Part shown: positions 41,484 to 51,798 of the stretch, one piece after another
Numbering within the stretch: the first letter of the stretch is position 1
Layout: every line of letters begins with the position of its first letter
Notes under the pieces: model-generated
What the model saw: the letters and a program-made list of their open reading frames with translations, nothing else
Databases searched by the model: none
Told to the model about the DNA's origin: nothing
Translations under genes and position numbers: made by a program
DNA from: a virus
Taxonomy: Duplodnaviria > Caudoviricetes
Reading direction: 5' to 3' (one strand)
Virus record (IMG/VR): IMGVR_UViG_3300013426_000017
Location: 32,001-96,000 of that record
Length of the DNA stretch: 64,000 nucleotides

Positions 41484-41635
41484 GCGCTCGTAGCTCAGAT
41501 GGTAGTAGCACTTGACTTTTGGTAGATTAGCCTAGCGGTCAGGCGGCGGACTGTTAATCCGCTTCAGATTAGTTCAACTCTAGTATCTACCGCCAAATCA
41601 AGGTGTCGCGGGTTCAAGTCCCGCCGAGCGCACCA
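41484..41635 (+). tRNA. trnK: tRNA-Lys(TTT) interrupted at 36/37 by a complete tRNA-Asn (exons 41484-41520 and 41596-41635)
   Basis: Removing 41521-41595 gives GCGCTCG/CGAGCGC acceptor, CTTGA-CTTTTAA-TCAAG arm, GCGGG-TTCAAGT-CCCGC, ACCA. Confidence 0.9.
41521..41595 (+). tRNA. trnN: tRNA-Asn(GTT), nested inside tRNA-Lys
   Basis: GGTAGAT/ATCTACC acceptor, GCCT/AGGC D stem, GCGGA-CTGTTAA-TCCGC arm, G73, CCA. Confidence 0.9.
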
Positions 41636-41751
41636 TTTCTTTCTTTTTTAGCCCTATATAGAATTACATGATGATTTTATATAGGGCATTTTTTATTTAG
41701 TTAATTAATTTTATTAAGGAGAAATATATATTTAAATCTAAAAATGTTTGT

Positions 41752-42081
41752 TTGATTATTAGTGTGGCGTTGGCTATTTTGTGCCTTATTATTATGATTG
41801 TTGCTTTAGGCACTGGTTCGCAGGGGCTTAATAGTAGTGATGGCACTGAGGTAGCCGGCACTGCTCTGGGTATGGCAATTGTTATGCCATGTGTAGTAGT
41901 TGGTGGTATTGGAACTGTATTGCATACTATTGGTGGTTGTGTCTATAAGCGGGGCTTGGTTCTTGCTGGACTGATTTGTGAGTGCGCTTCTATTATATTT
42001 ATGTTTCTCTGGGGAATGTATTATATTCCCGCTATTGTTCTTGGTTTTATTGGTTACGCCAAGATGCCAAAAAAGGTTTAA
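41752..42081 (+). CDS. Multi-pass membrane protein
   Basis: Three to four hydrophobic helices; start uncertain. Confidence 0.65.
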   Translation: MIISVALAILCLIIMIVALGTGSQGLNSSDGTEVAGTALGMAIVMPCVVVGGIGTVLHTIGGCVYKRGLVLAGLICECASIIFMFLWGMYYIPAIVLGFIGYAKMPKKV

Positions 42082-42198
42082 AATCTAAATGTTTAATAGG
42101 CGCGTCTAGTTGAGACACGTCTTTTTTGATTTTTGTTAAAAAATATGTTATAATATATCTAGAAAGTAAAATAAGCATATATAAAGGAGTATAAAGTT

Positions 42199-42810
42199 AT
42201 GCAGTTATCTGAAGTATATAATAGAAATAAAAAAGTTCTTAATCATGCTTTATATATTCAAAATTTGTTAGAACAGGCTCTTAATAAAGGAGTATCTTTA
42301 ACTGATGATATTGTTAATTGTGGTGATACCTATTTATATTATATTAGTACTGCAAGTTTAACTGCTCAGGCAAAGGCTCCTTTAGGTGAAAAGTTTTTAT
42401 GTAATCTGCTTGGATACACAAGAGTTTCTTCCAGAGAAAATCGTGGTGATGCAGTCGATAAAGAAGGAATTTATTATGAATTCAAAAATTCTTTTACTAA
42501 TCAACAACAAAATTTAAATATTAGACAGATTAGATTGTGGCAAAATGTTGATTATTATTATTGTTTTTATATTAATGAAGAAGATTTGGATAAAAGTGTA
42601 TTTTTTATTTTAACAAAAGATGAAATGATTAAAGAGGTTGCTCTTTGTGGAGGATATGCTCACGGGACAATAACAGCAAATGTTGTTAATGAACATAATG
42701 AATATTCTATTACTATCCCAATTTATAATGATAAAAATGAAAAAACTAAGCGCTGGAAAGAAAAATATCTTTCTAATGAATTGAAAAACAAAATCTTAGG
42801 AGGGAAATAA
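42199..42810 (+). CDS. Putative PD-(D/E)xK restriction endonuclease
   Basis: GDAVDKEGIYYEFKNS and QIR motifs; directly upstream of a methyltransferase. Confidence 0.65.
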   Translation: MQLSEVYNRNKKVLNHALYIQNLLEQALNKGVSLTDDIVNCGDTYLYYISTASLTAQAKAPLGEKFLCNLLGYTRVSSRENRGDAVDKEGIYYEFKNSFTNQQQNLNIRQIRLWQNVDYYYCFYINEEDLDKSVFFILTKDEMIKEVALCGGYAHGTITANVVNEHNEYSITIPIYNDKNEKTKRWKEKYLSNELKNKILGGK

Positions 42811-42812
42811 AT

Positions 42813-43607
42813 ATGAGCATTGATAAATTTTATACTCAAGTAGAAGTTGCTAAAGAATGTATTGATTTAGTACCTGATCTTGACACTTATGATTTAATTA
42901 TTGAACCTAGTGCTGGAAATGGTAGTTTCAGCTCTCAACTAAATTGTATTGCTTATGATATTGAACCAGAAAATAAAAATATTATTAAGTAGGATTGGCT
43001 TACAACAAAACCAGTTAAGAATAAACGAATTTTAGTAATTGGCAATCCACCATTCGGTTCTCGTTCAAGTTTGGCAAAAGCTTTTATTCGTCATAGCCAA
43101 GCTATTGGGGCAGAAACGATTGCTTTTATCTTACCAGATACTTTTAGTAAATTAAGCAATCAATCTTTAACTCTTTTTCCAAAAAATTGGAAATTAATTG
43201 TTGAATACAAATTATCTAATTCTAACTTTATAATTCAAGAATCTACAAAACCATATTACGTACCTTGTACTTTTTATGTATGGACTAAGCGTGATAGCGA
43301 TATTAATTTACGTCAAGTAAAAATTGAAGCTAATGATGATTTTGAATTTTTATCCAGAGGTAGTAAAGATGCCGATTTTACCATTAATGGCAATTCTGGC
43401 AAGGTTAAAGAAATATACGAAGTAACGAATAGTAAAGCTGAACATTATATTAAAGCAAAGAAAAAAAATGCTGAAGAACTTAAAGAAATTTTTAGAAATT
43501 TAGATTATACATTTTTGTCTTCTGTCAATGGCGGTAATGCTTGGATTGGTCAACAAGAAATTCTTAAAGCTTATACTACTCAATAGTCACGTAACGGAGA
43601 CGTTTAA
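42813..43607 (+). CDS. N6-adenine DNA methyltransferase (2 in-frame TAG)
   Basis: DKFYT, IEPSAGNG, IIK(Q)DWL across TAG 42990, GNPPFG. Extends past TAG 43584 to TAA 43607. Paralog of 35788-36603. Confidence 0.88.
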
Positions 43608-43738
43608 TCACAAGCGTTATACTTATATTGAGTAATTTTAATGGATTAGATATTTAATTAAATATCTAATCCATATTTTTTATTTGATTTTTATTAAAAA
43701 ATATGTTATAATATTTATATAAAGTAAAGGAGGGAAAA

Positions 43739-44020
43739 ATGTTGATAACTAAAGCTTGTGTAATAACATTTGATAAGGCTGGTAAAAAGTATACAATACC
43801 CTGTCATCGCCACAGTAATGCTTATTGGATTATCAGTCAGTTCCTCTCTTAGGACAAAATAGATAAGTCTCGTACTCAAGAAGGTTTTCTTGATGAGCAA
43901 GATAATTTCTACAATAGGTACGAAGCCTATAATCACGCAGTATTAGATGGCCAAATAATTGATATTCGTGAAGCTGACGATTTTAGAGTTTGTGAATTAT
44001 TTTCGGAGGATTTATGGTAA
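43739..44020 (+). CDS. Conserved phage protein (HRH...EGFL...LFSEDLW; 1 TAG)
   Basis: RBS AAGGAGG; open to TAA when TAG 43850 is read as Gln. Confidence 0.75.
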
Positions 44021-44268
44021 TGACAGCTAAAGAACTAATTAATAGCAATGCCATGTTGCACGGGTGGGAGAAAGAAGATTTGTGCGAACTATTGGATAAA
44101 TACCCCGAGATTAAAACCGCTACATACGAACAGCTTGAAGAATTCAAACAAAAAAGATATTGGGATGCCCAAGCTCTCATTGATGAAGCTGCAAGAATAG
44201 AAGAAGAGGCGGATATGATTAATGTTTTTTTAAATTGGATTTATAAAGATTTGCATAAAGGAGAATAA
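44020..44268 (+). CDS. Hypothetical protein
   Basis: TAATG coupling with the upstream gene. Confidence 0.7.
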   Translation: MTAKELINSNAMLHGWEKEDLCELLDKYPEIKTATYEQLEEFKQKRYWDAQALIDEAARIEEEADMINVFLNWIYKDLHKGE

Positions 44269-44270
44269 AA

Positions 44271-44600
44271 ATGTTAGAAGGAATAACTATACTTAATAAG
44301 ATAGCAATCACAGGGCTGCCTGCATGGCTTACTATAATCTGGATAGCCATTACAATGATTAGTTTAGCTACCTCAGTTATCGTACTGTTTGCCGATGGAA
44401 AAATAAAAATTATGCTTGTATCTGGTATCATAGCAGTTATTATGTTATTCACTGGTCTTATTTTAGAAAGCACTATCAAGACTGGCGAATATCGTTATGA
44501 ATGCACGATTGATGATTCAGTGTCCTATAATGACATAGTTGAGAACTACGAAATTATTGAGCAGCGCGGTGATATATGGGTACTAGAGGATAAATCATGA
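44271..44600 (+). CDS. Membrane protein
   Basis: Two transmembrane segments; RBS AAGGAG. Confidence 0.7.
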   Translation: MLEGITILNKIAITGLPAWLTIIWIAITMISLATSVIVLFADGKIKIMLVSGIIAVIMLFTGLILESTIKTGEYRYECTIDDSVSYNDIVENYEIIEQRGDIWVLEDKS

Positions 44601-44757
44601 ATGAGATATTTTGTAAACATTTAAAAATAGAAGATATTTTGGGCCGAGATATTTATGACCATCCTACCTATAAATATTTTTGCACCAAAAGAAATAAAGA
44701 GATTTTTTATCTCATGTGCGCAAGATGCGAGGATAATACCATTAAGGAGACAACTGA

Positions 44758-45108
44758 ATGATATACATGTCTAATGCCGCCTTGAAGTGTGCGGCAGATG
44801 TTTGTCTTGAATTGCCTAATTATCAAGTAATTATCTGCCCGAGTCTCCGAAGTAAAAGAGATGACATACTGGGCGAAATAACTGATTATATTCCGTCAAA
44901 GGCTATAAATATTCATAGAATATTGAAAAGCAACTCTAACTGTTATATTGAATTTACTAATGGCAATATTATTAGAATTGTAACGGCACATGAATCCTGT
45001 AGAGGATATAAAGCCAACTTAGTCGAAGTAGATTCAGAAGTTAGTGAAGAATTTATTAATACAGTATTGCGACCAATGGAGATAAAGCAACTAAGAGAAA
45101 AGCGGTGA
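44758..45108 (+). CDS. Hypothetical protein resembling a terminase/helicase ATPase sub-domain
   Basis: IEFTNGNIIRIV...RG......D pattern; no Walker A. Confidence 0.5.
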   Translation: MIYMSNAALKCAADVCLELPNYQVIICPSLRSKRDDILGEITDYIPSKAINIHRILKSNSNCYIEFTNGNIIRIVTAHESCRGYKANLVEVDSEVSEEFINTVLRPMEIKQLREKR

Positions 45109-45114
45109 TAATAA

Positions 45115-45855
45115 ATGAAATATTTTGTTGTATCAGATATACATAGTTTTTTTGGTGAATTTAAAAAGGCAATAGACGAAGCGGGATTTGATCCTACTGA
45201 CGAAAACCATAGGCTAATTATTTGTGGCGACTTGTTCGATCGAGGATCTCAGCCCCTAGAGCTCATGCAGCATCTTAATGAGGAGGTTCCCAATGCTATA
45301 CTCATTCGCGGCAACCACGAGGATTTGTTTGTTAAAATGTGCGAACGCGGCGAACCTTGGATGCATGATTATAGCAATGGAACTGCACAGACTATATTTG
45401 ATTTCACTGGCGTGGATAAGCCTTGGCCATTTGAATACCGGGCTGAAGTAGCGCTTGGAATGGTGCGGCCAATGCTCAATCGCATGGTAGACTATTACGA
45501 GACTGATCATTATGTATTCGTGCATGGTTGGATTCCTTGTGTTAAGGAACATCATAGGCTTGCAAAATATCGCCCATTAGAAGAAGATTGGCGCGATGCC
45601 CCCAAAAACAAATGGGAAGACGCCAGATGGTATAATGGCATGGATTGTGCCGCCCAAGGTGTAGTGGTCCCCGGCAAGACAGTAGTGTGTGGCCATTGGC
45701 ATTGTAGCTATGGGCATTGGTTTTATGAGAATGATGGTAAGCCTGAGTTTGGCGAAGGAGCTGATTTCTCACCTTATTATGCCAATGGAATTATAGCAAT
45801 AGATGCTTGCACTGCATACTCGGGCAAGGTAAATTGTATCGTGCTTGATGATTAA
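45115..45855 (+). CDS. Calcineurin-like metallophosphoesterase
   Basis: SDIHS, GDLFDRG, RGNHE, FVHG, GHWH. Confidence 0.92.
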   Translation: MKYFVVSDIHSFFGEFKKAIDEAGFDPTDENHRLIICGDLFDRGSQPLELMQHLNEEVPNAILIRGNHEDLFVKMCERGEPWMHDYSNGTAQTIFDFTGVDKPWPFEYRAEVALGMVRPMLNRMVDYYETDHYVFVHGWIPCVKEHHRLAKYRPLEEDWRDAPKNKWEDARWYNGMDCAAQGVVVPGKTVVCGHWHCSYGHWFYENDGKPEFGEGADFSPYYANGIIAIDACTAYSGKVNCIVLDD

Positions 45856-45937
45856 GGATGCTAGAAATAGCATCCTTAATTGATTTTTTATTAAAAATAT
45901 GATATAATATATATATAAAAAAAAGGAGTTGATACTT

Positions 45938-46534
45938 ATGAATTTTATTTTACCAACTATTACAATTAATATTGAACGATGGAAATGGAATAGAAAATAC
46001 CGAGTATTTGTATCTAACAAAGGGCGAGTAAAGAATGTTGAGGGCCAGCTTCTTAAAGCTAGAATGACTAGTTCGGGTTATTTAGCAGTTAAAGTAGCTG
46101 CTAAAAAAATGATGAAAATTCATCGTCTTGCTATGGAAACGTGGCGCCCCATCGCAAACCCACAGGAAATGACTGTAGACCATCTTGACCATAACAAGCG
46201 TAATAATGATATTCGTAACCTTGAATGGGTTACTGAGGTAGAAAATCGCAAACGTGCGGCGGCAGATATGGTTGTCGAAAAAGAAGTAGAACTCATCAAA
46301 GCCAAAGAAATGATACAACATAAACAAATTTATGTTGATTGTAATAGTGGCGAAAAATTTACTAATCTTAATAGTTATATAACTTATTTATATCGAACTG
46401 ATAAGAGTATTTCTCGTAATGTACAATTGACACCAGCAGTCTGCGCCACAAAAATAAAAAATAAACTTGCCGCTCATGGCGGAATAACTAAATGTTATGG
46501 ACATAAAATAGCCATGATAACTGTAGCAGAATAA
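45938..46534 (+). CDS. HNH homing endonuclease (NUMOD4-HNH type)
   Basis: VSNKGRVK, IHRL, TVDHLDHNKRNNDIRNLEWVT..EN. Confidence 0.88.
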   Translation: MNFILPTITINIERWKWNRKYRVFVSNKGRVKNVEGQLLKARMTSSGYLAVKVAAKKMMKIHRLAMETWRPIANPQEMTVDHLDHNKRNNDIRNLEWVTEVENRKRAAADMVVEKEVELIKAKEMIQHKQIYVDCNSGEKFTNLNSYITYLYRTDKSISRNVQLTPAVCATKIKNKLAAHGGITKCYGHKIAMITVAE

Positions 46535-46551
46535 ATAAGGAGGAATTAAAA

Positions 46552-47889
46552 ATGAGTATGCATTGCGGATATTGCGTAAAAGTTACTAATTTACGCCCGC
46601 ACACTAATGCAGATAGATTGCAGATTGCCACTTTCTTTGGCAATGATACTTGTGTGGGGCTGGATGTGGTCAAGGGTGAGATTGGTATTTATTTTCCCTC
46701 AGACTTGCAGCTAAGTGAAGAATTTTGTGTGGCGAACCACCTTTGCCGCAAGAAGCCTGATGGCACGCCTGATACTGGCTATCTTGATCCTGAGAAGCGC
46801 AATATCAAGCCTATTAAGTTGCGAAGCGAGAAGTCAGATGGAATTTTCTTGCCTATTAGTTGTCTTGAGTATACTGGTATAAATCTTGATGATATTAATA
46901 TTGGTGATACTGTTACTGTAGTTAATGGACATGAGATTTGCAAGAAATATATTCCTCGTGGCCGCGCCAAAAGCAACGCCGCCAAGGGTAAGGGTAATAG
47001 GACTCGTAAGAAGCATGCACCCGTGGCACCGCTATTTACTGAGCATGCTGATACTGAGCAACTTGCCTACAATCTTGGCGCATTTAAGCCGGGTGATGAA
47101 ATTGAGATCACTCTGAAGATGCATGGCACTAGCCAAAGGACCGCATACCTACCGGTTCTCAAGGGATATAGGCGGACTATTTGGGATAAGTTGCTTGGCC
47201 GCGAAGGTATTCCTATCTATGATTGGGATTATGTGTCTGGTACTCGTAGAACTGTCCTTGATGATTGGGATGGTGGTTTTTATGGTAGTAACGCGTTCCG
47301 TAAGCAGCACCATGATAAGTTCGTTGGTAAGTTGCGCAAGGGCGAGGAAGTGTATTATGAAATTACATCATACACTGATAATGGAACGCCTATTATGTCA
47401 AGTTGCTCAGTTCCAAAAGAATATCAGAATATTTATGGTGATACTATGGAATTTAGTTATGGTTGTTCACCTGATGGCGGTGACGTGCCTCAGTCCGACT
47501 TGTATGTGTATCGCATGACTATGACTAATGAAGATGGTGATGTTGTAGAATATTCACCCGATTTTATGCGTTATCGTTGTGAGCAGATGGGAGTTAAGTG
47601 CGTTCCTGAGTTTGTTCATGAGTTTATCCCCGACCAAGAGTGGCTAGATTCAATGGCGCTAACTGCCGGCGAATATGTCATGGGAGTGGCTGAGCAATAT
47701 TACGATGGTCCTGACCCAATTGGCAAGACTCATGTGCGCGAAGGTGTGGTAGTTCGTATCATTAATCGGCCCAAGTTCTGCGCCTATAAGCACAAAAATT
47801 TTTTATTTAAACTAATTACTGGTATTATTGTGGATAAAATTGCTGATTCTCGTGACGAGATTGGTGAAGACGTTTTAGAAGAATTATAA
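46552..47889 (+). CDS. ATP-dependent RNA ligase (DRB0094/Rnl5-like, N-terminal OB-like domain)
   Basis: N-terminal RPHTNADRL; motif I TLKMHGTS; YYEI; YVYR; REGVV; motif V YKHK. Confidence 0.8.
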   Translation: MSMHCGYCVKVTNLRPHTNADRLQIATFFGNDTCVGLDVVKGEIGIYFPSDLQLSEEFCVANHLCRKKPDGTPDTGYLDPEKRNIKPIKLRSEKSDGIFLPISCLEYTGINLDDINIGDTVTVVNGHEICKKYIPRGRAKSNAAKGKGNRTRKKHAPVAPLFTEHADTEQLAYNLGAFKPGDEIEITLKMHGTSQRTAYLPVLKGYRRTIWDKLLGREGIPIYDWDYVSGTRRTVLDDWDGGFYGSNAFRKQHHDKFVGKLRKGEEVYYEITSYTDNGTPIMSSCSVPKEYQNIYGDTMEFSYGCSPDGGDVPQSDLYVYRMTMTNEDGDVVEYSPDFMRYRCEQMGVKCVPEFVHEFIPDQEWLDSMALTAGEYVMGVAEQYYDGPDPIGKTHVREGVVVRIINRPKFCAYKHKNFLFKLITGIIVDKIADSRDEIGEDVLEEL

Positions 47890-47968
47890 GGCCAAAAAGA
47901 TTAAATAATTTACCTACAACCTCATAATATAGTGAAAAATATTACGAGTTATAGGAGGTTGGTTATTA

Positions 47969-48853
47969 ATGATAAATCGGCAATTTGGGGTATATTTAGT
48001 TTTAGAAAAAGACCTGGAGATGAGTGCTTAGAAAAAACGAACATATTGGAAATGTCGTTGCCAAAAATGTGGTAATATTATAAGCGTTAGAGACGATAAT
48101 CTTATGCGTAATTCATAGTCCTGCCCTAAGTGTAAACACGATATTACTAATTAGCGTTTTGGTTTATTAACTGTTTTATACAAAACAAGAATAGATAAAA
48201 ATGGACATTCATATTGGATGTGTTAGTGTGATTGTGGAAAGCAAAAGGAAATTTCTTCTTCCAGTTTAAGATAGGGGACGACCCGATCTTGTGGCTGCTT
48301 GCATAGTATCACTACATCTCAGAATGTCTTAAAAGATTTAACGGGATAGAAATTCGGCAAATTAACTGTAATTTCAAGGGCTTCTAAAATTGGAGAGAAA
48401 AAAGTCCAATGGTTGTGTAAATGTGATTGCGGTACAGAAACAATAGTTAGCGGTGGCAATTTAAAAAACGGACATACCTATTCTTGTGGTTGCGTTCGTT
48501 CTAAGGGTGAGCTAAAAATACGAGAAATTTTAATTTCATTAAATATAAATTTTATAACGGAGTATCGTTTTTCTGATTTACCCAATAGGCGTTTTGATTT
48601 TTATTTACCGGATTATAATCTTTGCCTTGAGTATGATGGGAAACAACACTACCAATATGTAGCAGCTTGGCATTAGACATTAGAAAATTATATTGCGGCT
48701 TGCGACCGAGATCAAGAAAAAAATAAATACTGTTATGAACATAATATACAATTAATTTGTATTTCATATCAAGATTATGATAAACTAAACGAAGAATATA
48801 TAAAACAAATATTATCTACTATAGAAGCTGAGGAGATTTCTGATGATACCTAA
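47969..48853 (+). CDS. Homing-endonuclease-like protein: CxCxCG repeats plus Vsr/DUF559-like nuclease (294 aa, 7 TAG)
   Basis: RBS AGGAGG. DITN(Q)RFGLLTV, WMC(Q)CDCG, DLTG(Q)KFGKLTV; SKGE...FDFYLP...LEYDGKQHY. Confidence 0.85.
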
Positions 48854-49151
48854 TACCCTAAACTCAATCAAATGCACTCGTGCCCATGTCTATCGAGAAA
48901 ATGGTCGCTTGTATGTTGACTATTGGGGAGTGGATGAAACCAATCCCAAAGTTGAAATCCATATCCCCAAAATGTCACTCGACCTCAAGAGCATGCAATT
49001 CAATACTAATACCACTAAAAATTGGTATACTGGGTCAGTAATAACTAGTAGAGAAATTATGGCTAGTTCCGATAAGAAAGAAATGTTCGAGATATTGGTG
49101 AAAAACGATAATGGAAAAAATAAAAATAGAAGCGATAAAAAATCTCGATGA
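48843..49151 (+). CDS. Hypothetical protein
   Basis: RBS GAGGAG; overlapping operon. Confidence 0.6.
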   Translation: MIPNTLNSIKCTRAHVYRENGRLYVDYWGVDETNPKVEIHIPKMSLDLKSMQFNTNTTKNWYTGSVITSREIMASSDKKEMFEILVKNDNGKNKNRSDKKSR

Positions 49152-49299
49152 TTTTACCATCTATCTCATTCCTATTAGTGGCGTCAAACCGCTCAAGATA
49201 ATATTTGATAATGATTCAGATTTAGCACTTGATATGGAAACAGCAACTGAATCATTAATATTAAAAGGGGTAAGAATTATAGATGATTTATTTCGGTAA
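49111..49299 (+). CDS. Hypothetical protein
   Basis: Fills the operon gap. Confidence 0.5.
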   Translation: MEKIKIEAIKNLDDFTIYLIPISGVKPLKIIFDNDSDLALDMETATESLILKGVRIIDDLFR

Positions 49300-49561
49300 T
49301 ACAACATTTTATGAATTAAATACAATTAAGGCTTTACCAGGTAGTGTCTATTATACTACTGATACCAATGAATTTTATATTTTCACTACTGATAACACAT
49401 GGGCTAAACTTGCAGAAAGCACTATTATTTCTGAAGTAAGTAAAAGAAGATATACCAATAAACGACTCAAATGTCCATCTTGTGGCGCAACCCATAAGGA
49501 AAACGAGGAACGATGCTATTGGTGCGGCAATTATTTTGTATCGGAGGACTATTATGAGTAA
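49283..49561 (+). CDS. Zn-ribbon hypothetical protein
   Basis: CPSCGA...CYWCG. Confidence 0.65.
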   Translation: MIYFGNTTFYELNTIKALPGSVYYTTDTNEFYIFTTDNTWAKLAESTIISEVSKRRYTNKRLKCPSCGATHKENEERCYWCGNYFVSEDYYE

Positions 49562-49799
49562 AATACCATTTGGCTATTACACCAATCAATATAATAGTGG
49601 TAAGATAGACTTTGAAAACCTAATGAATTTGATAGAAGCTCAAATGAATTATGAAATAAATCGAGAAGTAGTGGAACGTATATCTCATTTAGTTCCAGTA
49701 GAACAAATAAATGTATTTTGTCCTTGCTGTGGCGCGCTCCTAGTGCCCGGCGCCACAAATTGTATATGGTGTGATTGGGAGGATAAAAATAATGATTAG
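49554..49799 (+). CDS. Zn-ribbon hypothetical protein
   Basis: CPCCGA...CIWC; start after GGAGG. Confidence 0.65.
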   Translation: MSKIPFGYYTNQYNSGKIDFENLMNLIEAQMNYEINREVVERISHLVPVEQINVFCPCCGALLVPGATNCIWCDWEDKNND

Positions 49800-50253
49800 T
49801 AAAAAACATTTTATTGATGTAATGAATCAGCTAGAGGAGCTTAGAATTAAACAAGATAGTCTTGATATAGCTCTGCGTGATCTTTGTGGCAGTGGATTTG
49901 GGTCTTTTTATCTATCTGATTATCAAAATATTATAATTGATATTCTTACCGAAAATTTTAAGGACGAATCACATTGGTTAGAATATTTTTGTTATGAGAA
50001 TGATTGGTTAGCTGGATATAAACAAGAAAAAATTACCATGGAGGACGGTTCACACCCAAAAATTGAAAACTGGGGCGATGTATATGATTTTCTTACCGAT
50101 ACAAATACCTTAAATGAAATTCCATGTGATGCATATCATTTTAATGCATATACTGGTATGGGATGTTGCTGGGCAACCGCTGAGCGAGATTGGTGCAATT
50201 GTGAGGGAAGAAAAAAGCTATGCGAACTAAAAAAAGTAACTAATGTTTGGTAA
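49792..50253 (+). CDS. Hypothetical protein
   Basis: MISKKHF...WLEYFCYE.D pattern; RBS GGAGG. Confidence 0.7.
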   Translation: MISKKHFIDVMNQLEELRIKQDSLDIALRDLCGSGFGSFYLSDYQNIIIDILTENFKDESHWLEYFCYENDWLAGYKQEKITMEDGSHPKIENWGDVYDFLTDTNTLNEIPCDAYHFNAYTGMGCCWATAERDWCNCEGRKKLCELKKVTNVW

Positions 50254-50806
50254 AATTTTTTTAATTGATTTTATTTAAAAAATATAATATAATATATATA
50301 TAAAGAAAAGAGGAGATAAAAAATGATAGGAATTATTAGTATATGTTTATTACCATTTGTGCTACTCATAATGATTCATTCCTTACAGATTGTTATTCAT
50401 GGTGCATTAATGGGTATAGATGTGGCGCCGCCAGACACAGAGAAGCTAGCACCCCAGCTTGAGGAGTGATTGAGCGCCCAGCGCCACGCTTCTTATGACA
50501 TCACAACGTTAGCTGAAATATTTAACACATCCAATAGAGCAATTAATGGTAGTATGACTGCCCTATTGCACAATGGCATTATTGGCTATGATGTTATAGA
50601 TAATGTTAAATATTATTATCGAAAGGGTTGATACTATTGATTCAGGTAGATATATCATGTCATTCTAATGGCCAAGCCATTAATGAATATTTGTGGCATT
50701 GGCAAGATTATTATGCCAAAAGAAAGATAATTAATGTAGATGTAACACCTACTGATCCCGTTGGCTGGTTCCTCACTATAGTGTATGATTCGGAGGTTAG
50801 GATATA

Positions 50807-51088
50807 ATGCCAAAGGGTAATCGATTTGAAATGCATAGTTTTTATTGTTTGACTTGTGGCAATAAGACATTTGATTTGCCGCGTCAATATAGCCACATGT
50901 ATGGCAAGGGACATATTAAAGACCTATATTGTCCTACTTGTCGCGCCACGAGAAAGACATTAGAGTGTAGAAATGAAACTGAGGTATTTGAGTTTAAGGA
51001 AGATTTTTTAAATGGAACCTATGAAGACGGTATGGATACTTGCGGGGCCGCCGGGCTCGGGAAAATCGACCTGGCTCGAGCAGAATAG
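50807..51088 (+). CDS. Zn-ribbon protein
   Basis: CLTCG...GHIKDLYCPTC; RBS GGAGG. Confidence 0.7.
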   Translation: MPKGNRFEMHSFYCLTCGNKTFDLPRQYSHMYGKGHIKDLYCPTCRATRKTLECRNETEVFEFKEDFLNGTYEDGMDTCGAAGLGKIDLARAE

Positions 51089-51548
51089 ATTACCCCAGAG
51101 CAGAGTAATTTCAAGGGATGAAATTCGTTTCTCGCTTGTAACTGATAAAGATGATTATTTTGGCCAAGAGGATGAAGTATGGCGCCAGTATGTAAAAGCG
51201 GCTCAGATAGCGATTTTGGACAAAGAAATTAAAAATATTTACCTTGACGCCACACATCTCAACGAAGCATCAAGAAATAAAATCTTGAATCTACTGGCGA
51301 AGCCGACCTTGCCCTATTTTGAAATTAAGGTTGTTTATTTTGATGTGTGTTTTGCAGTATGCTGCGAACGCAATGCAAAAAGAACGGGTTTGGCTAATGT
51401 TCCTATTAAAACAATTCGCAGGATGATGAATGCATTTCAAATTCCGACATTTAATGAAAAACATCTGTATACTGAAATTTGGCGTGTAGATGCCCAAGGA
51501 AATATTGAAAAGGAGATAAATTATAATGTATGTTGCTGTCCCGTATGA
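51012..51548 (+). CDS. P-loop kinase, polynucleotide-kinase-like (AAA_33)
   Basis: GPPGSGKSTW, ISRDEIR, DATHL...R, RNAKR. Confidence 0.88.
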   Translation: MEPMKTVWILAGPPGSGKSTWLEQNRLPQSRVISRDEIRFSLVTDKDDYFGQEDEVWRQYVKAAQIAILDKEIKNIYLDATHLNEASRNKILNLLAKPTLPYFEIKVVYFDVCFAVCCERNAKRTGLANVPIKTIRRMMNAFQIPTFNEKHLYTEIWRVDAQGNIEKEINYNVCCCPV

Positions 51549-51798
51549 AGAGTATGTAAATTTGATAGCTTGTGAAATGCAGTGCGATATGTTGCAGCGT
51601 GACGGGGCTGATAACTGGGAATGGTATGGCGAGTCTTATGATGAAGTGGCACAGAGCTGGTGCGCTGATGTAGGCGTGCCGTATAACCCTAATGATTATT
51701 ATGGTTTTAGTGAAGTGGCGGAAGCCATAGTCGCCAAAGCCATAGAGCTGGGTAATATAATTCTGCTTGAGGATGGAGGGGATGAAGGGAATGAGTAA
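51526..51798 (+). CDS. Hypothetical protein
   Basis: GADNWEWYG phage motif; RBS AAGGAG. Confidence 0.7.
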   Translation: MYVAVPYEEYVNLIACEMQCDMLQRDGADNWEWYGESYDEVAQSWCADVGVPYNPNDYYGFSEVAEAIVAKAIELGNIILLEDGGDEGNE

